From the NCBI GenBank assembly GCA_903832855.1, contig CAILDB010000014.1, positions 144 through 64,143 of the forward strand: a stretch of DNA of 64,000 nt, in the 5' to 3' direction. Under the pieces are notes generated by a model. It had not been told where the DNA came from and did no database searches. It was given only the letters and a program-made list of their open reading frames with translations. Source of the DNA: an uncultured bacterium. GTDB lineage: Bacteria > Patescibacteriota > Minisyncoccia > Phycocordibacterales > GWA1-40-21. The position numbers and the translations under genes were made by a program. Position 1 is the first letter of the stretch. Every line of letters starts with the position of its first letter. Below are positions 59,046-64,000 of the stretch, piece after piece.

Positions 59046-62018
59046 ATGAACAAAAAACTTATTTTTCTTTTCTTCTCGATTTGTTTGGTTCTTTCTGTTT
59101 TTTCTTTTGCAAATATTGCGAAAGCCCAGCCAGCAGGTCAGCTAGAAGTTTATGTAAAAGATTTGACTCTATCAAAAACTGAGTACAAAGCGGGAGAGAC
59201 GGTTTCTGGAAGCTTTACATTGTGGAATGCGAGAGATATGACAGTCCCAAATGTGCATTATGTCATTTTGCTGATGGGAAATTACAAAAATTCTTTGCCG
59301 ACTACTCAATATGACATTACTTCTCAACTTGGTTCATTTTTCCTTTCGTCAAAAGAAAAAAAAGTTGTTAATTTTACATACAAACTTCCTGAATCAGTAA
59401 GTGGAGACGGGCTTGGACTACAAGTTCGTGCAGTTTTGGATACTGGTGCATCCCTCGGCTGGGCTGATGCAATGATAAAGGTGACTGGAGGCACGGGGAT
59501 AGCGACAATTAAAACCGCGAATATTAAAATTAGTAAAAATATTTTTGGGTTGCAAGAAGGTCCTGTAATTTATGAGAATAGCACAGGAACTTTGAATATT
59601 ATTTTGAAAAATGACACAGCGAAAGAAATTCAGGTAACACCCGATGTCAGTATTTACGACAGGTCGGAGTCAAGAGGAATTTTGGGTAATTACAAACAAG
59701 CAAAAATTTCTATTTCTCCAAAATCAGAATACACATTTACTTACGAACTTCCTACTTTTAATTACACTCCCAAGGTTTATGTCGGCAGGGTAGAATTTAA
59801 AGATGATAGTGGGGTAGAAAGAGCACCAAAAGTGGATTTTAGATATATTGTTGGTGGGGATATTGCGACAATAAATAGTATATCTGCCGACAAAACATCT
59901 GTAGGAAAAGGTGAAACGGTTATTTTGGATGTGAATTATTCAGGTTCGCCGTTTGATATTTTGACAGGTAAAACACTTGGAACGGCGGGTTTTTCTGACT
60001 TTGATTTGAAACTTTTCAATCAAAAAGATATTTTGGTTGGCGAATATTCCGACAAAGCCGATTTTAATAAAAATTCCGATATTCTCCTTACATTAAATAC
60101 TACAGGAAGTGCCACAGCCCTTCGGGCGGAAATGTCCGTAACAAAAAACGGAAAAGTTTTGACGAAATATAGTACAAATCTCTCTTCCGATTATGAACAA
60201 AAGAAAAATGAAACCGATTGGAGTGGTTATTTCTCCGCAAAAACAATTCTCGCAATTTTATTAGTTTTGATTTTAATAATTTCTCTTATTTTTATAAAAA
60301 CTATTTTTAAAAATAAAATTATTCTCGCTTTGGTTTTGCTAATGATTATTGGGATAGTAATAACCTTATTTTTTGTAAATAAAACAAAAGCATGGGTGTT
60401 GGATAGTTGTAGTGGTACATGGGACGACAGAGATCTTAAATGTTATGGTTCTGGAGATGCACAAATATATGATGTTTTTGTAAATTCGCCTTTACCCTAT
60501 GATCCATCTGGCTCCAATTATGTGCCAGGTCAGCCATATTATTTACTGATGTCAGCGACAGCCAATGCTTGCAGTAATCATAGAAGAGATTTCCAGATTT
60601 TTTCTGGTACATTGGCTTCAAATATTATACATAGAGAAGGAGAGGTATGCACTAGCAATTGTAGTAATGTACCAATGACTTTCTCTAGCCTTTCGCTCGG
60701 GCCTTTTTATGCCCCAGCAATAATTGGAGCGCACACGATAAATTTTGAGGCGGATATCGCTGGATATGCAGATAATAATTTTGCCACACTAAAAGGTCAT
60801 CAAGATTTTTCAGTTGTATCTCTGCCTGCCCCGACAGTTATTGCTACTGCTGGATCTAGTTGTTCTAGCGGAATACATCTGTCATGGAATGCTGTAAATT
60901 ATGCAACGAGTTACAAGATTTTTAGAGATGGGGTTTTGATTTCTACGACTTCAGCCACATCAACAAATGATACTGGCATAGACCCAAGTACTCGATATAC
61001 TTATACGGTGAAGGCATCAAATTCTGTTGGAGATTCGGCTTTATCAAATACAGTTAGTGCTACATCTGCAACTTGTCGTGTTGATAGTGGAAGTAGTCCA
61101 AATCCTGTGAGTGCAGCATCAGTCCTTTCTGCCGGTACCTGTGGAGGAAAAATTAATATTTCATGGGCCACTGTTCCGTACGCCACTTCTTATCAGGTAT
61201 TTCGTGATGCTTCCACGACGCCATTTATTACAATTATCTCGCCAACTAATTTTCCAGCTACATCTACGGTGGATATTATAGCGACAAGCACCCCCCATTT
61301 TTATCAAGTTCAGGCATTTGGTAATTTTGGAAGCTATTCTGTAATTTCATCCTCATCTAATGCCACGACATCTACAGGTTTATGTTTGGATCAAATTACA
61401 ACTCGTTGTTATACAAAACAAAATGGAAGTGAGACAAATACACCCCTAGCTACCTCCACTTATCCTGTAACTTGGAAAGTGGATGTCCTTACCGGCGGTA
61501 TGTTATCATATAATTATCAGTGGAGCGGATCTGTTTCTGGTAGTGGTCCTTCGTCTAGCACAATCTATTATTTGGGTCCGAAGGACGTTAATTCTTTTGG
61601 TACAACCTCAACAGTAATAGTTTCATCCAATTATTTATATCATAGGGAAGCGACTACTTCTTGCTCAATAACTGTTTATAAAAGTTTCAATAATTTGGAA
61701 AATATAAGATGTTCTGTTTCTCCTACAAATAATGCAAGTTCAACTTATGTAAATAAATCTATTTCGTGGAATGCAGTCGCGCCAATTTCCCCAGCGTTTC
61801 CTTTATATAATATAAAATATTCTTGGACTGGAGACGATGAGTTTTCGAGTTTTGGTAGTTTACCAACGAGTACAAAAATTTATACTACACTCGGAATAAA
61901 ACATGCAAGTGCTACTATTACAGGAACAGATGACATTGGTGCTCTATGGACCGGGGCATGTTCTACTTCTACAAATATTACTTTGGAAGCTGGGGCGGGG
62001 GGTTCTGTGGAGCATTAG
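59046..62018 (+). CDS. Large surface protein with Ig/FN3-like domains and two central TMs
   Basis: Signal peptide; LSWNAV..ATSYKIFRDG...YTYTVKA FN3 pattern; Cys pairs. Confidence 0.8.
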   Translation: MNKKLIFLFFSICLVLSVFSFANIAKAQPAGQLEVYVKDLTLSKTEYKAGETVSGSFTLWNARDMTVPNVHYVILLMGNYKNSLPTTQYDITSQLGSFFLSSKEKKVVNFTYKLPESVSGDGLGLQVRAVLDTGASLGWADAMIKVTGGTGIATIKTANIKISKNIFGLQEGPVIYENSTGTLNIILKNDTAKEIQVTPDVSIYDRSESRGILGNYKQAKISISPKSEYTFTYELPTFNYTPKVYVGRVEFKDDSGVERAPKVDFRYIVGGDIATINSISADKTSVGKGETVILDVNYSGSPFDILTGKTLGTAGFSDFDLKLFNQKDILVGEYSDKADFNKNSDILLTLNTTGSATALRAEMSVTKNGKVLTKYSTNLSSDYEQKKNETDWSGYFSAKTILAILLVLILIISLIFIKTIFKNKIILALVLLMIIGIVITLFFVNKTKAWVLDSCSGTWDDRDLKCYGSGDAQIYDVFVNSPLPYDPSGSNYVPGQPYYLLMSATANACSNHRRDFQIFSGTLASNIIHREGEVCTSNCSNVPMTFSSLSLGPFYAPAIIGAHTINFEADIAGYADNNFATLKGHQDFSVVSLPAPTVIATAGSSCSSGIHLSWNAVNYATSYKIFRDGVLISTTSATSTNDTGIDPSTRYTYTVKASNSVGDSALSNTVSATSATCRVDSGSSPNPVSAASVLSAGTCGGKINISWATVPYATSYQVFRDASTTPFITIISPTNFPATSTVDIIATSTPHFYQVQAFGNFGSYSVISSSSNATTSTGLCLDQITTRCYTKQNGSETNTPLATSTYPVTWKVDVLTGGMLSYNYQWSGSVSGSGPSSSTIYYLGPKDVNSFGTTSTVIVSSNYLYHREATTSCSITVYKSFNNLENIRCSVSPTNNASSTYVNKSISWNAVAPISPAFPLYNIKYSWTGDDEFSSFGSLPTSTKIYTTLGIKHASATITGTDDIGALWTGACSTSTNITLEAGAGGSVEH

Positions 62019-62022
62019 TTTT

Positions 62023-62210
62023 AATCCAAGCAAAAGCAAAACACTTTTCGAACGCTCTGGCGGAGCAGTCAGAAAATCAACGAGATTTTTAGAAAAATTC
62101 ATCTGGCTGCCGGAGCGAATGCGACTCATGAATTTTTCGTTAAAAATTGAGTATGATTTTCTAGATTGCGGAGCCTTTAGTGAGAAAAGAGTTTTGCTTT
62201 TGCTTGGATT
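62023..62210. repeat. ~190-bp hairpin element, family B copy 2 (inverted)
   Basis: 20-bp terminal IR; 48-nt core identical to 14438-14485. Confidence 0.85.
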
Positions 62211-62239
62211 TTTTTGTGGTATAATTTACAGAGAACAAA

Positions 62240-64000
62240 ATGCTTAACGAAGAAACACAATTAAAAGAGTTCATTATTGATTCTGGTCTTGTGACGAGAA
62301 CCGAATATGATGATACTGAAAATGAAGCCAAAAAAAATGGCAATAATGAAAAAGTTGGCAATTTACTTGTGAGTTACGGTAAACTTTCCGAAGATGATCT
62401 AAGGAGAGCCACCGCATATGTCTATGGCATTCCTTTTATTTCTTTAGCAAATCAAAAGATTGATTTTGCCACACTTTCTCTTATTCCCGAACCAGTGGCA
62501 AGAAAAAATAATATTATCGCCTTCAAGAAAAATTTTGATTCTTTGGAAGTTGCGATGCTAGATATTCAGGATCTTGCCTCCATCGAATTTATAAAAAAGA
62601 AAGTAGGACTAAAAATTTTATCTCGCCTCACCGATTCTGATTCTATTAAAAATGCTCTCCTTCAATACCAAAAGTCCTTGAAGGCCGAGTTTGGCGATAT
62701 GATTCAAAAAGATGTTTTGTCTTTGAAGAGTGTTGAGGCCTTTAAAACAAGTAAAAGTTCTCTGGAAGATGAACTCAAAAAGATGGCAGAAGATTTGCCT
62801 GTGGTTCGTATTGTGGACACACTTCTCAAGCACGCAGCTTTGCAAAATGCTTCCGATGTTCATATGGAATGTATGGAAAATCAGTTTCTCGTGCGATACA
62901 GAATTGACGGAATTCTCCACGATGCGATGGTCTTACCAAAAAATGCGTCTACAAGTATTACTGCGAGAATTAAAGTTTTGGCAAATTTAAAACTCGATGA
63001 AAAGCGTCTGCCTCAGGACGGAAGATTTAAAACAGATATAAATGGCGAGGCCGTTTCCTTTCGTGTCTCTGTTCTTCCGACATATTATGGTGAAAAAACC
63101 GTGATGAGACTTTTGCGAGAAAATCTTTCTGGATTTACTCTTGAGTCAATGGGTTTTCACGGGGAATGTTTGGAAAAAGTTTATGAAGCGACGAGAAAAG
63201 CAAATGGAATGATTCTCACCACTGGTCCGACTGGTTCCGGTAAAACAACGACTTTGTATTCAATTTTGGAAATATTAAATACTGTCGATGTGAATATTTC
63301 TACAATTGAAGACCCGATTGAATACCAAATACCAAGAATCAATCAAACACAAGTTAAACCGGAAATTGGTTTTACTTTTGCAAACGGACTTCGTTCTCTC
63401 GTCAGGCAAGATCCAGACATCATAATGGTTGGAGAAATCCGAGATAATGAAACAGCTTCTCTTGCAGTCAACGCCGCTCTTACCGGTCACTTAGTTTTAT
63501 CTACTTTACACACAAACAGTGCTGCCGGGGCAATTCCGCGACTTCTAGATATGAAAATAGAGCCGTTTTTGCTTGTTTCTACTATCAATGTTGTCTTGGC
63601 GCAAAGACTTGTCAGAAAACTAACTGCAAAAAGAGAAAAATATTTTCTTACAAAAGCAGAGTTGGATACTCTTGGAAAAAGAGTTGATCTAAACAGTGTT
63701 TTATCTTCTTTAAAAAAAGAAAACATCATTGGAAAAGATGATACTTGGGATAAAATTCCTTTTTATAAATTGAAATCTCCGGATGATGAGGCCGAAGGTT
63801 TTTCTGGAAGAATAGGAATTCACGAAGCATTTAATATGACTTCTACTATCAGAGAGCTCGTGATGAAAGGTGCCACAACTCAGGAGATTGAAGCGCAAGC
63901 AAAAAAAGAGGGAATGATGACGATGCTTGAAGATGGTATTTTTAAAGTAGTTCAGGGGACTACTACGATAGAAGAAGTATTAAGAGTTGTTTCAGAATAA
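62240..64000 (+). CDS. PilB/GspE type IV pilus ATPase (second paralog)
   Basis: ASDVH, RLPQDGR, GPTGSGKTT, EDPIEY, RQDPD, STLHTN. Confidence 0.93.
   Translation: MLNEETQLKEFIIDSGLVTRTEYDDTENEAKKNGNNEKVGNLLVSYGKLSEDDLRRATAYVYGIPFISLANQKIDFATLSLIPEPVARKNNIIAFKKNFDSLEVAMLDIQDLASIEFIKKKVGLKILSRLTDSDSIKNALLQYQKSLKAEFGDMIQKDVLSLKSVEAFKTSKSSLEDELKKMAEDLPVVRIVDTLLKHAALQNASDVHMECMENQFLVRYRIDGILHDAMVLPKNASTSITARIKVLANLKLDEKRLPQDGRFKTDINGEAVSFRVSVLPTYYGEKTVMRLLRENLSGFTLESMGFHGECLEKVYEATRKANGMILTTGPTGSGKTTTLYSILEILNTVDVNISTIEDPIEYQIPRINQTQVKPEIGFTFANGLRSLVRQDPDIIMVGEIRDNETASLAVNAALTGHLVLSTLHTNSAAGAIPRLLDMKIEPFLLVSTINVVLAQRLVRKLTAKREKYFLTKAELDTLGKRVDLNSVLSSLKKENIIGKDDTWDKIPFYKLKSPDDEAEGFSGRIGIHEAFNMTSTIRELVMKGATTQEIEAQAKKEGMMTMLEDGIFKVVQGTTTIEEVLRVVSE

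Noticed and set aside
1-64000. CRISPR array or cas genes
   Set aside because: Repeats are dispersed palindromes with no regular repeat-spacer period; no Cas motifs seen

Overview
AT-rich bacterial chromosome segment containing the replication origin (jag-yidC-rnpA-rpmH / dnaA-oriC-dnaN). Gene content and order (origin-linked VirB4/PrgI/VirB6-like cluster without relaxase, two PilB ATPases, ComM, tRNA-Arg(UCG), many leaderless genes) point to a Patescibacteria/CPR (Parcubacteria-like) genome; this is inference. Notable accessory content: (1) a complete diversity-generating retroelement (target 51418-53253, VR 53121-53250, TR 53634-53763 with 19/19 differences at TR adenines, an antisense avd-like gene carrying a G11 tract, RT 54171-55175); (2) a Xer-type recombinase split in its HxxRH motif by a 425-aa LAGLIDADG intein; (3) a LexA-DNA methyltransferase fusion facing a TaqI-family endonuclease; (4) an orphan PemK/MazF toxin and a PemK-like remnant, each with a convergent promoter-hairpin-terminator sRNA unit; (5) several families of dispersed 100-200 bp hairpin elements with conserved, covarying cores but copy-specific terminal inverted repeats, plus short palindromes inserted in frame in genes. 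All calls are by eye from motifs; no database searches were run.
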